The notes below the pieces were generated by a model. That model was not told where the DNA came from, did no database searches, and was given only the letters and a program-made list of their open reading frames with translations. A stretch of 64,000 nucleotides of DNA from positions 383-64,382 of the forward strand of contig JAGAOQ010000014.1 of NCBI GenBank assembly GCA_017623705.1, in the 5' to 3' direction. Both the position numbers and the translations under genes were made by a program. The stretch comes from Clostridia bacterium (lineage in GTDB: Bacteria > Bacillota > Clostridia > Christensenellales > UBA1242). Shown piece after piece: positions 26,100-35,879 of this stretch (the stretch's first letter is position 1; each line of letters begins with the position of its first letter).

Positions 26100-27281
26100 T
26101 TAAATTTTACGTTTTTCATTAACACCCAAAGCAAAACCGCAAGGGTTAGGACATTTGAAATTCGGGAAGGTGCATTTTGCACCTTTTTGCATGATAGCTA
26201 GTTTTTCTGCCCCGTCATGTTGACTATCAGCCAAAGCTTGTTGATACTTAGTCAAAACACCATTCACAACACGAGTTGTTTCTAACAAAACCGATGAACA
26301 TTTACGTTCAATCGCTTTCAAAATAAAATCTTCTAAATTACCCATTTCGCTAACGTCAACCAACATTGCTTGTGGATAATGATCACGTAAGCGGTCTAAA
26401 TCGGCCAACCATTCCGCCCGCAATGCTGGCTGTTCAGCAATCAATTCTGGAACATAGAACTCCAAATCCTGTGGCACTGCTGGTGTTTTCATATAGTACT
26501 TCAAAGTACGGTGGCGGTTTAAGTGCATATAAACGGCAAAAGAACAACGGAAATTTGTTGCATAAACATCGCCAAAATATTCAGTAACAGGTCGTTCGCA
26601 AAACATGGAAACTTGACGCCCTTTCCCGTTTTGCGTTAAGACTTCATCAACATACCCCGTAGCTTTTAATTGAGCTAAAAACTCAACGATGTACGGATAA
26701 AGTTTCTTTTCAAAAGGATTTTCGCTGTGTGCGATTTTATCCGCATAGTTAGTAAAGAAACCGTACAAGTAATTTAATTGACGATAAGAAATTGTGTGCA
26801 ACATGGAAACCATCGTAAACGAACTGGTCAAATAACGAGCGTTTTCCATAGCCAATTTTTTAATTTTGTTATCGGTAAAAAACTGTGGATAATCTGCCTG
26901 ATATGTTTCCCGAATCAAGACCGTGAACTTTTCTAACCATTTATCATATAGTTGTTGTTCGTCATCAGGTAATGGGTGCAAAGTATATCGCCCACTTTTA
27001 ACCGAAGACACCATGTAGCGTTCATTGTCCAACATGCCCTCTAAAATACGAGGAATACAATGTAAATATAAAGTAATTGTCGCATGGTCATAGACACTAT
27101 GATGTCCGCTAGCTTTGGTTAAATCAGCTCGGCGAAAAGTTTTTGTTTCATCTTCCGCACGTAAGGTTGCAAAGTCATGTGCCATGTAGCACACCCCCGC
27201 CGCCATGCCGCCGAAACGATCTAATTCACGTTTGCTAGTTTGATGATTTGGGTGTGTTGTTGCAATTACTGAAATTTCCAT
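26100..27281 (-). CDS. ThyX (Thy1) fold homologue, non-canonical, with Cys-rich C-terminal tail
   Basis: GHHSVYDHATITLYLHCIPRILEGMLDNERYMVSSVKSGRY aligns with the ThyX core, but RHR is replaced by NER. A separate LNRHRTLKY occurs later. The tail is CTFPNFKCPNPCGF. Start set to the ATG at 27281 because the -10 box abuts 27290. Confidence 0.55.
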   Translation of the reverse strand: MEISVIATTHPNHQTSKRELDRFGGMAAGVCYMAHDFATLRAEDETKTFRRADLTKASGHHSVYDHATITLYLHCIPRILEGMLDNERYMVSSVKSGRYTLHPLPDDEQQLYDKWLEKFTVLIRETYQADYPQFFTDNKIKKLAMENARYLTSSFTMVSMLHTISYRQLNYLYGFFTNYADKIAHSENPFEKKLYPYIVEFLAQLKATGYVDEVLTQNGKGRQVSMFCERPVTEYFGDVYATNFRCSFAVYMHLNRHRTLKYYMKTPAVPQDLEFYVPELIAEQPALRAEWLADLDRLRDHYPQAMLVDVSEMGNLEDFILKAIERKCSSVLLETTRVVNGVLTKYQQALADSQHDGAEKLAIMQKGAKCTFPNFKCPNPCGFALGVNEKRKI

Positions 27282-27290
27282 ACATAACAT

Positions 27291-27318
27291 GTTATAACGA
27301 ATAAAAAACAGTTGTCAA
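27291..27318 (-). promoter_or_regulatory. sigma-A-type promoter, leaderless configuration (ThyX-like gene)
   Basis: TTGACA-N16-TATAAC, then 9 nt to the ATG at 27281. Confidence 0.5.
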
Positions 27319-27344
27319 ACTAACAATTAAAATTCAAAAATATG

Positions 27345-27373
27345 TTGAGAAAAGACATGAAGAGTAGTATACT
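27345..27373 (+). promoter_or_regulatory. sigma-A-type promoter, leaderless configuration (SDR gene)
   Basis: TTGAGA-N17-TATACT, then 8 nt to the ATG at 27382. Confidence 0.5.
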
Positions 27374-27381
27374 ATAATGGT

Positions 27382-28311
27382 ATGAAAAATAAATTCAATT
27401 TAGGTCAAGATGATTACGAAATTGCCACCGACGAACCATTAGATTTGGACGATGCGATTAGCGTATTAGAAAAGCGTTTAGACTCCGAGCAAATCGAATC
27501 GGCAAATAAGCCATTAAGCGATGTTACTGCTTTGGCTGATCCAGCAACATGGCACAAACGTGTTGTTGTGATAACAGGTGCATCTTCGGGAATTGGTTTA
27601 GCGGCAGCACACTGTTTTTCTTTATATGCAGATATTGTTTATAACTTATCACGTGAAAAAGGCAATGACGATAACATAAACTTTATTGAAACTGACGTCT
27701 CGAACCCCGATTCAATCAAAGAATCAATCCGCAAAGTTTACAATAAAGAAGGTCAAATTGACGTTTTAATCAACAACGCAGGGATTGGCTTATCGGGTGC
27801 AGTCGAAGAATTATTAACTACCGACATCGTTAAAGTCATGAACACTAACTTCTTAGGTGCAGTCAGTGCTTGCCAAGCGGTTATTCCGTTCATGCGTGAA
27901 CACCGCAAAGGTAAAATTATTAACATTACTTGTGCCATTGCCAACACTGCCCCAGCTTTCAACAGTATTTATTGTGCAAGCAAAAAAGCATTAGAAACTT
28001 TCACTACTGCTCTCCGCAAAGAAATTGAACCGTTAAAGATTGATGTTACCTCAGTTACTTTGCCAACTTGCAAAACTAATTTTACCGAAAACCGCATTAA
28101 GCAAGATTCAACAAACAAAGCTTACCGTTATCGTATTAGTAACGACATTGGGCGTTTGGAATATGCTGAACAAACTGGTGTTTTACCCGAAACGATTGCC
28201 GAAGAACTTTATCGCATTAGCAATAAAAAAGCTTTTGGTGCAAACACCATTACGATTAAAGGCAAAAACCGTGTGCGTGCATTTTTTGGCAAACTCATGA
28301 CAAAAAAATAA
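27382..28311 (+). CDS. short-chain dehydrogenase/reductase (SDR) with about 55-aa N-terminal extension
   Basis: VVVITGASSGIGLAAA and YCASKKA (YxxxK). Confidence 0.8.
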   Translation: MKNKFNLGQDDYEIATDEPLDLDDAISVLEKRLDSEQIESANKPLSDVTALADPATWHKRVVVITGASSGIGLAAAHCFSLYADIVYNLSREKGNDDNINFIETDVSNPDSIKESIRKVYNKEGQIDVLINNAGIGLSGAVEELLTTDIVKVMNTNFLGAVSACQAVIPFMREHRKGKIINITCAIANTAPAFNSIYCASKKALETFTTALRKEIEPLKIDVTSVTLPTCKTNFTENRIKQDSTNKAYRYRISNDIGRLEYAEQTGVLPETIAEELYRISNKKAFGANTITIKGKNRVRAFFGKLMTKK

Positions 28312-28336
28312 AATCAAAACAAAGGAAAAAAATAGC

Positions 28337-28636
28337 ATGATTGATTTGAAAGAATTACAAAAGAAAATTTATCAAAACAAGGTTGACAAAAATTTTAACT
28401 TGACCAACATTCCACAAGAATTTTGTTATTTACACGGCGAAGTATCCGAAGCTTTTGATGCTTGGTTAAAGAAAAAAGATGTTGAGGAAATCAGTTTAGA
28501 ATTAGCCGACGTTACAATCTTTACACTTGGTTTGGCAGAAATGCTAGGTATTGATTTAGAACAAGCACTGCTAAAAAAAATCGACATCAATGAAAAGCGT
28601 GTTTATGTGAACGGCAAAAAAGTTGAACCCAAATAA
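28337..28636 (+). CDS. MazG-like all-alpha nucleotide pyrophosphohydrolase
   Basis: 99 aa. GEVSEAFDAW..ELADVTIFTLGLAEMLGIDLE is the typical MazG/dimeric dUTPase-like EExxE/D pattern. Confidence 0.7.
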   Translation: MIDLKELQKKIYQNKVDKNFNLTNIPQEFCYLHGEVSEAFDAWLKKKDVEEISLELADVTIFTLGLAEMLGIDLEQALLKKIDINEKRVYVNGKKVEPK

Positions 28637-28652
28637 TTAACCACAAACAGAC

Positions 28653-28679
28653 AAAAAAGCAGGGACACCCCTGCTTTTT
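28653..28679. terminator. bidirectional rho-independent terminator
   Basis: aaaaaAGCAGGGacacCCCTGCTtttt lies between the convergent MazG-like gene and rpsT. Confidence 0.8.
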
Positions 28680-28700
28680 ATAATTAAGCTAAAACTTCAA

Positions 28701-28988
28701 TTAAGCACTTTTTTTGCTTTTTGAATTTTGTGCAGCCGATAAAGCCGCAGCCAATTTTGCTTTTTGACGACTTGCTTTGTTTTTGTGAATTACATTGTCA
28801 ACAGCTGCTGAGTCTAAAACAGAAAATACAACATTTAATTGCATTTCAGCATGCTTTAATTCATTAGCTGCCAAAGCTTCTTTGAACTTTTTAATTTCGC
28901 CACTAATTTTAGTTTTAATTGGACGATTTTGTGATTGTTTAGCTTTCGTCACACTGATTCTTTTGATTGCACTCTTAATATTTGCCAT
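28701..28988 (-). CDS. rpsT: 30S ribosomal protein S20
   Basis: MANIKSAIKRISVTKAKQSQNR. The true start is the ATG at 28988. Confidence 0.9.
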   Translation of the reverse strand: MANIKSAIKRISVTKAKQSQNRPIKTKISGEIKKFKEALAANELKHAEMQLNVVFSVLDSAAVDNVIHKNKASRQKAKLAAALSAAQNSKSKKSA

Positions 28989-28997
28989 ATAATGGCT

Positions 28998-29026
28998 ATT
29001 ATACACGAACTACACTAATTTTGCAA
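28998..29026 (-). promoter_or_regulatory. sigma-A-type promoter, leaderless configuration (rpsT)
   Basis: TTGCAA-N17-TATAAT, then 9 nt to the ATG at 28988. No SD. Confidence 0.6.
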
Positions 29027-29073
29027 GTCTTTTTCTTGTGAACTTTTTGATCATAATTAACCATAATAAATTT

Positions 29074-29796
29074 ATGGAAATTATTTCTGACCTTGCCTGT
29101 GAATTACTCCGCCGTTCGCCCGAAGAAAACCACGGTGTTACAACTTACGAAACTCAAAATGCTGGTATCATCATTCAACAAACCACCATTCAAACTCCGT
29201 TAGCGGCTCAACAAATCGGGAAACCCATTGGTACATATTTCAATCTTGATACCACAAAAGGCAAACCACGCAAGGTTGTCCATGCTTTAAGCCATGCCTT
29301 AAAACCACTGATTAGCGATAACCGTAAAATACTTATTATTGGCTTAGGCAACGACAAGTTCGTCGCTGACAGTTTAGGACCTTGCGTTTTGGAACAAATT
29401 AAGACTAGCGAACAACTTTTGACTTTTGAACCAAGCGTTTTTGGTGTAACAGGTATCAACTCTGTCGACGCTATCAAAGCAATTACACAATTAGTTCACC
29501 CGACCGCCGTAATCGTCATTGACAGTCTGGTCAGTACTACCCCGAGCCGTATTGGAACAAATTATCAAATATGCACCAGTGGAATTACACCAGGGAGCGG
29601 AATTGGACGTGATAATAAAACGATTGATGAAAAATTACTTGGCGTACCCGTGCTAGCAATCGGCGTACCAGTCTGTACAATCATGGCAACGCAAAAACAA
29701 ATTTACCATGTCGTACCCAAAGACATTGATGTTGTCATTCGTGATGCTGCCCGTATCATTGCCCAGAGCATCAATACTCTGGGACAACAAAGTTAG
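29074..29796 (+). CDS. gpr: GPR endopeptidase (spore germination protease), short form
   Basis: [45 protein letters not shown]. The rpsT-gpr synteny matches Bacillus and Clostridium. A CATAATA -10-like box lies 5 nt upstream of the ATG. Confidence 0.75.
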   Translation: MEIISDLACELLRRSPEENHGVTTYETQNAGIIIQQTTIQTPLAAQQIGKPIGTYFNLDTTKGKPRKVVHALSHALKPLISDNRKILIIGLGNDKFVADSLGPCVLEQIKTSEQLLTFEPSVFGVTGINSVDAIKAITQLVHPTAVIVIDSLVSTTPSRIGTNYQICTSGITPGSGIGRDNKTIDEKLLGVPVLAIGVPVCTIMATQKQIYHVVPKDIDVVIRDAARIIAQSINTLGQQS

Positions 29797-32700
29797 TACG
29801 GTGCAACCATGCTTGAACAATTTGTTGTTTACCAAAGACATTCTTTAATTTACCAACACGTGCGACACTAGGAATTTTTTCCACACTACGTGCCAACAAA
29901 TCACCATTAGCTGTCTTAACCACCAAATCATCATCTTTACGTGCAAAGGTTGCGTAAACAATTTCTTCGCCCTTTGCCATACCCGATGCAATGGTTAACC
30001 CCTTACGATAACGTACCATCTTATCAATATCACTCATTGAAACTTTCTTTGCGTTACCTAAATTTGTTACCAAGACAGCATAGCCACCATTTTCCGCCGT
30101 CGCAATACCAGCCAACCAAGCCGAGTCGTCCATCTGCATACCTTTAACCCCAGAGGCAATACGTCCTTGGACTGGAACATCACCCGTCGCCGCATTTAAG
30201 ACGTTACCCACATTGGTAATCATTAAGATAGTACGATTCTTTGGCAAACGTTGAACTGCAAGAATTTCATCTTTACGGTCTTCACGAATTTTATAAACGT
30301 CAAAGACGGATTTAATGACCGAACAAGCATCATTAAATTTTGAACGTTTAATCATACCAGTTTTCGATAACCAAACTAAATGGTATTCCGGTAAGATATC
30401 GGCAACGGTTGGATAAATTGCGATTGGATATTCTTCCGCCAATGCCGTCGGGAATAATTTGCGTAAAGCCACACCACGATCTTTCAAACGACATTCTGGA
30501 ATATCGCCACCATACAACTTGTAACACTTACCTAAGTTTGTAAAGATGTGTAACAACTTATCCGTCTGTGTTAAGACTGCAATGCGGTTAACATCTTGTT
30601 CACGCATACCATCGACAGCATTAGTCTTGCTCATGCTGAAATGTTTTTTGGTTACACGCTTGATGTTACCTGCTGCCGTAATCGTTAAAACAATGTCTTC
30701 CACAGGAACTTCATCGTCATCGGCAGTAATAATCACATCTTCCAGCTTATTAACCACACGAGTACGGCGTTCAACTTTGAAACGTTTTTTAATTGCCAAT
30801 AATTCAGCTTTAACGACATCAAATTGTAATTTCTTGCTACCGATAATTGCCGTTAAGCGTTCAATCAACTCATGTAATTCTTTTAACTCTTGTTCAATCT
30901 TCAAGATTTCCAAATTCGTTAAACGTGCCAAACGCAAATCCAAAATAGCTTGTGCTTGACGTTCGGTTAAGCTGAAACGTTTTTGCAAGCGTTCACGTGC
31001 TTCACTGGTGTGTCGGCTGGTCTTAATAATTTTAATAACTTCATCAATATTTTTGACAGCAACTAACAAACCTTCCAAGATGTGTGCACGTTCCTTGGCT
31101 TGATTCAGTTCAAACACGGAACGTTTGTAAATAATTTGTCGTTGATAGTTTACATAATACTCGATGATTTGTAACAAGCCCATTTGACGTGGCTTACCTT
31201 CCGCAATCGCCACCATGTTGTAGTTAAAGTTACAGCGTAATTGAGTAAACTTATACAACTGCTCAACAATTTTGTAAGGGTCAGTATCTTTACGCAATTT
31301 AATCAAAATACGCATACCAGTACGGTCAGATTCATCACGAATTTCGGTAATATTTTGTAAATCGCCTTTTTTGTTTTCACGCAAATCAGCAATATTCTTT
31401 TGTAATTGTACTTTATTAACTTGATAAGGCAATTCAGTAATGACAATATTACGTTTGTCGCCTTCAACTTCGATATGAACCTTCCCCGACATCACAACTT
31501 TGCCACGGCCAGTTTCATACGCATTGATCATGTTGTCATCAGCCACAATCCAACCTGCGGTTGGGAAATCCGGGCCTTTAACGATTTTCAAAATTTGTTT
31601 CAAGTTAATTTTAGGATTATCAATAAAGGCAATGTGTGCATCAATCAATTCGCCTAAATTGTGTGGTGGAATATTAGTTGCTAAACCAACCGCAATCCCT
31701 GTTGTACCGTTCGTTAACAAGTTAGGATAACGAGCAGGCAATGTGTCTGGTTCAGTGTTACGGTCATCATACGTTAAAGAATACGTTACGGTATCTTTAT
31801 CTAAATCACGCAACATTTCCAACGCCAAAGGTGCTAACTTCGCTTCGGTATAACGCATTGCCGCCGGTGGATCACCGTCGTCCGAACCAAAGTTACCTTG
31901 TCCAGAAACCATCGGCATGTTCATATTGAATGGCTGAGCCATACGCACCATGGCATCATAAACAGAAACATCACCATGCGGGTGGTATTTACCCAAACAC
32001 TCACCGACAATCGCTGCCGACTTACGGAAAGGTTTATCAGGCATCAACCCTAAATCATTCATTGCGTACAAAATACGACGCTGTACAGGTTTAAGTCCGT
32101 CTTCAACACGTGGCAACGCACGATCCAAGATAACGAACTCACTGTATGGAATCATACTTTCGTGCATAATGGTCGCAACAGATTTTTCAATAATTCCATC
32201 TTCGGAATTACCGTCGTTACCATCACCGCCTTCATGATTACTTACCGAACTTGCCACATTATTTGCATCATCAATCGCTGCTTTAATTTCTGTCTTACGA
32301 GTTTCTTTTTCGGCTAATAATTTTTGGCGACGTTCTTCCCTTTCAATAATCGGTTTTAAGATTGCCGCTTGACGTGCTGCCTCAGCTTCCACTTTCAAAT
32401 CATTTTCCGACATCTTAACGACATCATCAATGTTGGCAATTTTTGCATAACTAGCTTGCTCAACCACTTGTGATACTTCATGCGAAATTGCTTCCGTAGT
32501 TACCGCAGTATCTTCATTAACAATCACACTTTCTTCTGCAATGGGTTCAACTTCAACATCAGTTTCGGTTTCTTCGTCTACTACGGGTTCTTCTTCCACT
32601 TCGGTATCTGCTTCGACTTCGGGTTCTTCCCCTAGTGGTGTTTCTGTTACAGTTTCCACTATTTCTGGTGTTTCGGTTACTGCGACAACATTCTCAGTTT

Positions 32701-33136
32701 CACTTGCAACGGTTTCTTCTGCTGGTGTTACTTCTGTTGGCATTTCAGCTACCACTTCTTCCACAACTTCTTCTAAGCTACTTTCCGTTTCACTTACTGC
32801 GGTAGTTTCTTCGGTTGCAACTTCTTCAAATGCTTCGACAAATTCTTCGGTTGCGACTTCTTCAATTTCTTCGGGAACTTCCTCGGTAGTTTCCTCGGTT
32901 ATAGCTTCTTCAACTTCTTCGGCAACTGTTTCATCTTCACCAGCGACTTCATCTTCGTCGACATCAAGACTTTCAGTTTCCTCTACACCATCGCTTTCCG
33001 TAGTTGCAATGACTTCGTCGTCAACATTTGACGCCATAGTTCCTGCAACTGCATTAGTTTCAATGTTTGTATCGTCTGTTTCTTCACCAAAACCAACTGA
33101 ATTTTCGTCATCGATTAAATCATCAAACTCACCCAT
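29771..33136 (-). CDS. parC: type IIA topoisomerase subunit A (ParC-like; no GyrA box) with about 315-aa acidic N-terminal extension
   Basis: [32 protein letters not shown]. No QRRGGKG motif. A strong AGGAGG lies 5 nt before the ATG at 33136 and overlaps the end of parE. Confidence 0.85.
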   Translation of the reverse strand: MGEFDDLIDDENSVGFGEETDDTNIETNAVAGTMASNVDDEVIATTESDGVEETESLDVDEDEVAGEDETVAEEVEEAITEETTEEVPEEIEEVATEEFVEAFEEVATEETTAVSETESSLEEVVEEVVAEMPTEVTPAEETVASETENVVAVTETPEIVETVTETPLGEEPEVEADTEVEEEPVVDEETETDVEVEPIAEESVIVNEDTAVTTEAISHEVSQVVEQASYAKIANIDDVVKMSENDLKVEAEAARQAAILKPIIEREERRQKLLAEKETRKTEIKAAIDDANNVASSVSNHEGGDGNDGNSEDGIIEKSVATIMHESMIPYSEFVILDRALPRVEDGLKPVQRRILYAMNDLGLMPDKPFRKSAAIVGECLGKYHPHGDVSVYDAMVRMAQPFNMNMPMVSGQGNFGSDDGDPPAAMRYTEAKLAPLALEMLRDLDKDTVTYSLTYDDRNTEPDTLPARYPNLLTNGTTGIAVGLATNIPPHNLGELIDAHIAFIDNPKINLKQILKIVKGPDFPTAGWIVADDNMINAYETGRGKVVMSGKVHIEVEGDKRNIVITELPYQVNKVQLQKNIADLRENKKGDLQNITEIRDESDRTGMRILIKLRKDTDPYKIVEQLYKFTQLRCNFNYNMVAIAEGKPRQMGLLQIIEYYVNYQRQIIYKRSVFELNQAKERAHILEGLLVAVKNIDEVIKIIKTSRHTSEARERLQKRFSLTERQAQAILDLRLARLTNLEILKIEQELKELHELIERLTAIIGSKKLQFDVVKAELLAIKKRFKVERRTRVVNKLEDVIITADDDEVPVEDIVLTITAAGNIKRVTKKHFSMSKTNAVDGMREQDVNRIAVLTQTDKLLHIFTNLGKCYKLYGGDIPECRLKDRGVALRKLFPTALAEEYPIAIYPTVADILPEYHLVWLSKTGMIKRSKFNDACSVIKSVFDVYKIREDRKDEILAVQRLPKNRTILMITNVGNVLNAATGDVPVQGRIASGVKGMQMDDSAWLAGIATAENGGYAVLVTNLGNAKKVSMSDIDKMVRYRKGLTIASGMAKGEEIVYATFARKDDDLVVKTANGDLLARSVEKIPSVARVGKLKNVFGKQQIVQAWLHRTNFVVPEY

Positions 33137-35141
33137 TTGTACCTCCTAATTTACTCTTTACCGCTTTGGTTGCTGTGTCATCTTGCTTATTAAAGTTAGC
33201 ATGCTTGCTGATGTAATTACGACGACTTTCAATATCATCACCCATCAATGTCGTAATCAAACGTTCCGCTTCGGCAGCATCACTCAACGTAATACGACAA
33301 AGCTTACGTGTTTTAGGATTCATGGTCGTATCCCATAACTGGTCAGCATTCATTTCACCCAACCCTTTATAACGTTGCACACTACAACCTTTAACTTTTT
33401 TCGTAACTTCTTTTAATTCGTTATCATCGTAACAATAACGACTAAAATCTTTCTTGTAAACTTTGAACAACGGAGGCATACCCGTATAAACATGCCCCTG
33501 TGCAATCAAGTCTTTCATATAACGGAAGAAGAACGTCAAAAGAATAGAACGAATATGGCCACCGTCTTGGTCAGCATCGGCCAAAATAATAACTTTGTGA
33601 TAACGTAAATTATCAATGTTAAAATCTTCACCAATACCCGTACCCAACGCACCAATCAAAGTACGGAACTCGTCATTTTCCAACACTTGGTCGATACGCT
33701 TCTTTTCCGCATTTAAAGGTTTACCACGTAACGGTAAAATTGCTTGAATACTGCGATCACGACCTTGTTTAGCTGTACCACCCGCACTATCACCCTCAAC
33801 GATAAAAATCTCATTCATTTCAGGTCGACGTCCACTACAACTTGCCAATTTACCAATTAAGACGCTACCGTCAATGCTGTTTTTACTACGAGCAATATCT
33901 TTGGCTTTACGAGCTGCTTCACGAACACGAGCAGCAGCTTTTGCTTTGTTGATAATGATTTCTAACAGTGATTTCTTTTCGGCTGACTTATCAGCGTCCT
34001 TAAAGTATTCAATTAAATTGTTATAAGTAAAAGTTTCAACGGCAATTTTTGCTTCGGGATTACCTAATTTAGTTTTGGTTTGTCCTTCAAATTGCACCTC
34101 ATGCATCTTGATTGATAATACGGCGGTCATACCTTCACGATAGTCTTCACCCTGCAAAGCATTATCTTTTTCCTTGAAAAAACCAAACTGCTTACCAAGT
34201 TGGTTAAACGCACGAGTAATTGCACTCTTGAACCCAGTTTCGTGAGTACCACCTTCCGAAGTAGGAATGTTATTAACGTACGAGAAGATACTTTCCACAA
34301 AACCATCAGTATGTTGGATAGCAAAACTAATCGGCATTTTATCACTTTGCCCGCTAATAATGAAAGGTGTTTTATACAAAGTATTTTTACCTTCGTTCAA
34401 GTAAGTAACAAAGTCGGCAATACCGCCATCAAACTTATAGACGCATTCACGAGAAAACTCTGCGTCATCAGCCGAAATCCGTTCGTCGATTAAAGTAATT
34501 TCCGCACCTTTATTCAAGAAAGCCAATTCTTCCAAACGTTGCGAAACAATTTTATAGTCGAATTGATTATGATTAAACATTTCACGGTCTGGTAAGAAAT
34601 GCACCCTTGTTCCGTTTTTCAAGGTACGCCCCACAACTTTCAACGGAGCATCGGCAATCCCCCAGTGCATTTGTCCATCGGCTGGATCAATGTGTGGTGA
34701 AAAGCGGACATAGTGTTCTTTGCCGTCTTTGTAAACAGTAACTTCGCAATATTCCGAAAGTGCATTAACGACAGACGCACCAACACCATGCAAACCACCC
34801 GAGAAGCTATAATTTTTATTATCGAACTTACCGCCAGCGTGTAGTTCAGTGTAAACCATCTCAACACCGGAAATTTTTAATTCACGGTGAAGATCAACAG
34901 GAATACCACGACCATTATCTTCGACGGTAATGGAATTATCTTGATGAATAGTAACTAATAATTTAGTCCCGTAACCATTTGCAATTTCGTCGATACCATT
35001 ATCAACAATTTCCCACAACAAGTGATGCATACCTTTTGAACCAGTAGTTCCAATGTACATACCTGGTCTTTTACGGACAGCATCTAACCCTTTTAAGAGG
35101 GTCAAATTACTTGCGTCATAACTTTGTTTTTCGTTTGCCAT
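33129..35141 (-). CDS. parE: type IIA topoisomerase subunit B (ParE/GyrB family)
   Basis: [24 protein letters not shown], Toprim EGDSAGG, PLRGK. Confidence 0.9.
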   Translation of the reverse strand: MANEKQSYDASNLTLLKGLDAVRKRPGMYIGTTGSKGMHHLLWEIVDNGIDEIANGYGTKLLVTIHQDNSITVEDNGRGIPVDLHRELKISGVEMVYTELHAGGKFDNKNYSFSGGLHGVGASVVNALSEYCEVTVYKDGKEHYVRFSPHIDPADGQMHWGIADAPLKVVGRTLKNGTRVHFLPDREMFNHNQFDYKIVSQRLEELAFLNKGAEITLIDERISADDAEFSRECVYKFDGGIADFVTYLNEGKNTLYKTPFIISGQSDKMPISFAIQHTDGFVESIFSYVNNIPTSEGGTHETGFKSAITRAFNQLGKQFGFFKEKDNALQGEDYREGMTAVLSIKMHEVQFEGQTKTKLGNPEAKIAVETFTYNNLIEYFKDADKSAEKKSLLEIIINKAKAAARVREAARKAKDIARSKNSIDGSVLIGKLASCSGRRPEMNEIFIVEGDSAGGTAKQGRDRSIQAILPLRGKPLNAEKKRIDQVLENDEFRTLIGALGTGIGEDFNIDNLRYHKVIILADADQDGGHIRSILLTFFFRYMKDLIAQGHVYTGMPPLFKVYKKDFSRYCYDDNELKEVTKKVKGCSVQRYKGLGEMNADQLWDTTMNPKTRKLCRITLSDAAEAERLITTLMGDDIESRRNYISKHANFNKQDDTATKAVKSKLGGTNG

Positions 35142-35148
35142 ACATTAC

Positions 35149-35176
35149 ATTATAGCACTTTTCAAAAATCAATCAA
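35149..35176 (-). promoter_or_regulatory. sigma-A-type promoter with extended -10, leaderless configuration (parE)
   Basis: TTGATT-N16-TGcTATAAT, then 7 nt to the ATG at 35141. No SD. Confidence 0.6.
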
Positions 35177-35187
35177 AATGGTTATTT

Positions 35188-35205
35188 TATACAACATATT
35201 GTATA
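35188..35205. promoter_or_regulatory. palindrome TATACAA-CATA-TTGTATA (NrdR-box-like) between nrdG stop and parE promoter
   Basis: 7-bp perfect arms. It resembles the NrdR box core (acaCaAtATaTtGtgt), but only one copy was found. Confidence 0.25.
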
Positions 35206-35207
35206 TC

Positions 35208-35876
35208 TTATACTCCTTTAACCACAATATATACTGCGTATTGTTGCAGTTTTGACACAATTTTTCTCACTTCGGCGACCGAATACGCCCCAGCAACCCG
35301 ACATTGTTGAATTTGCCAAATTGTTGCTCCGTTAATCAATTTTTTACCCATCGCAACCATATCATCAAGACTCAAACGAGGACTTAAAGTTGTACGTAAC
35401 ATGTACGGAACACGTTTTTGTTGTTTAAGATAGTTAAGCGACACCAGTACTTCATCAATCGGCATACCTGTCATTGCAACATACTGCTCTTGCGGGGCTT
35501 TAATATCCAAAGCAACATAGTCCACCAATCCTAATTCAATAACTTTTTTCAAGACTTGCGGACGAGTGCCGTTCGTATCAAGTTTAATCAACAGGTCAAG
35601 CGTTCTTAGTTGTCTTAATAACGGGATTAAAAACGGATAAACAGTTGGCTCACCACCACTAACCACCACTGCATCTAAAAAGTTTTTTCTTTTCCGCAAC
35701 TCGTCAAGCACTTCCCGTAAAGGAATTTGATTACAACAAGAATCCAAGATATGGTGGTTATGACAGTAATGACAACACATATTGCACCCTGCGATAAAAA
35801 TTACACTGGCGATTTTTTCGGGATAATCAATTAACGATACTTTTTGCCAACCAGCAATTTTAATTTCCCTAGCCAC
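35208..35876 (-). CDS. nrdG: anaerobic ribonucleotide reductase activating protein (radical SAM)
   Basis: GCNMCCHYCHN cluster and GGEPT, directly downstream of nrdD. Confidence 0.85.
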   Translation of the reverse strand: MAREIKIAGWQKVSLIDYPEKIASVIFIAGCNMCCHYCHNHHILDSCCNQIPLREVLDELRKRKNFLDAVVVSGGEPTVYPFLIPLLRQLRTLDLLIKLDTNGTRPQVLKKVIELGLVDYVALDIKAPQEQYVAMTGMPIDEVLVSLNYLKQQKRVPYMLRTTLSPRLSLDDMVAMGKKLINGATIWQIQQCRVAGAYSVAEVRKIVSKLQQYAVYIVVKGV

Positions 35877-35879
35877 ACA

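Noticed and set aside
32541-33149. 202-aa Ser/Thr/Val-rich ORF on the plus strand
   Set aside because: It is the antisense mirror of the acidic GAA/GAG-rich N-terminal extension of parC. It has no independent start signals, and its low-complexity composition is explained by the opposite strand.
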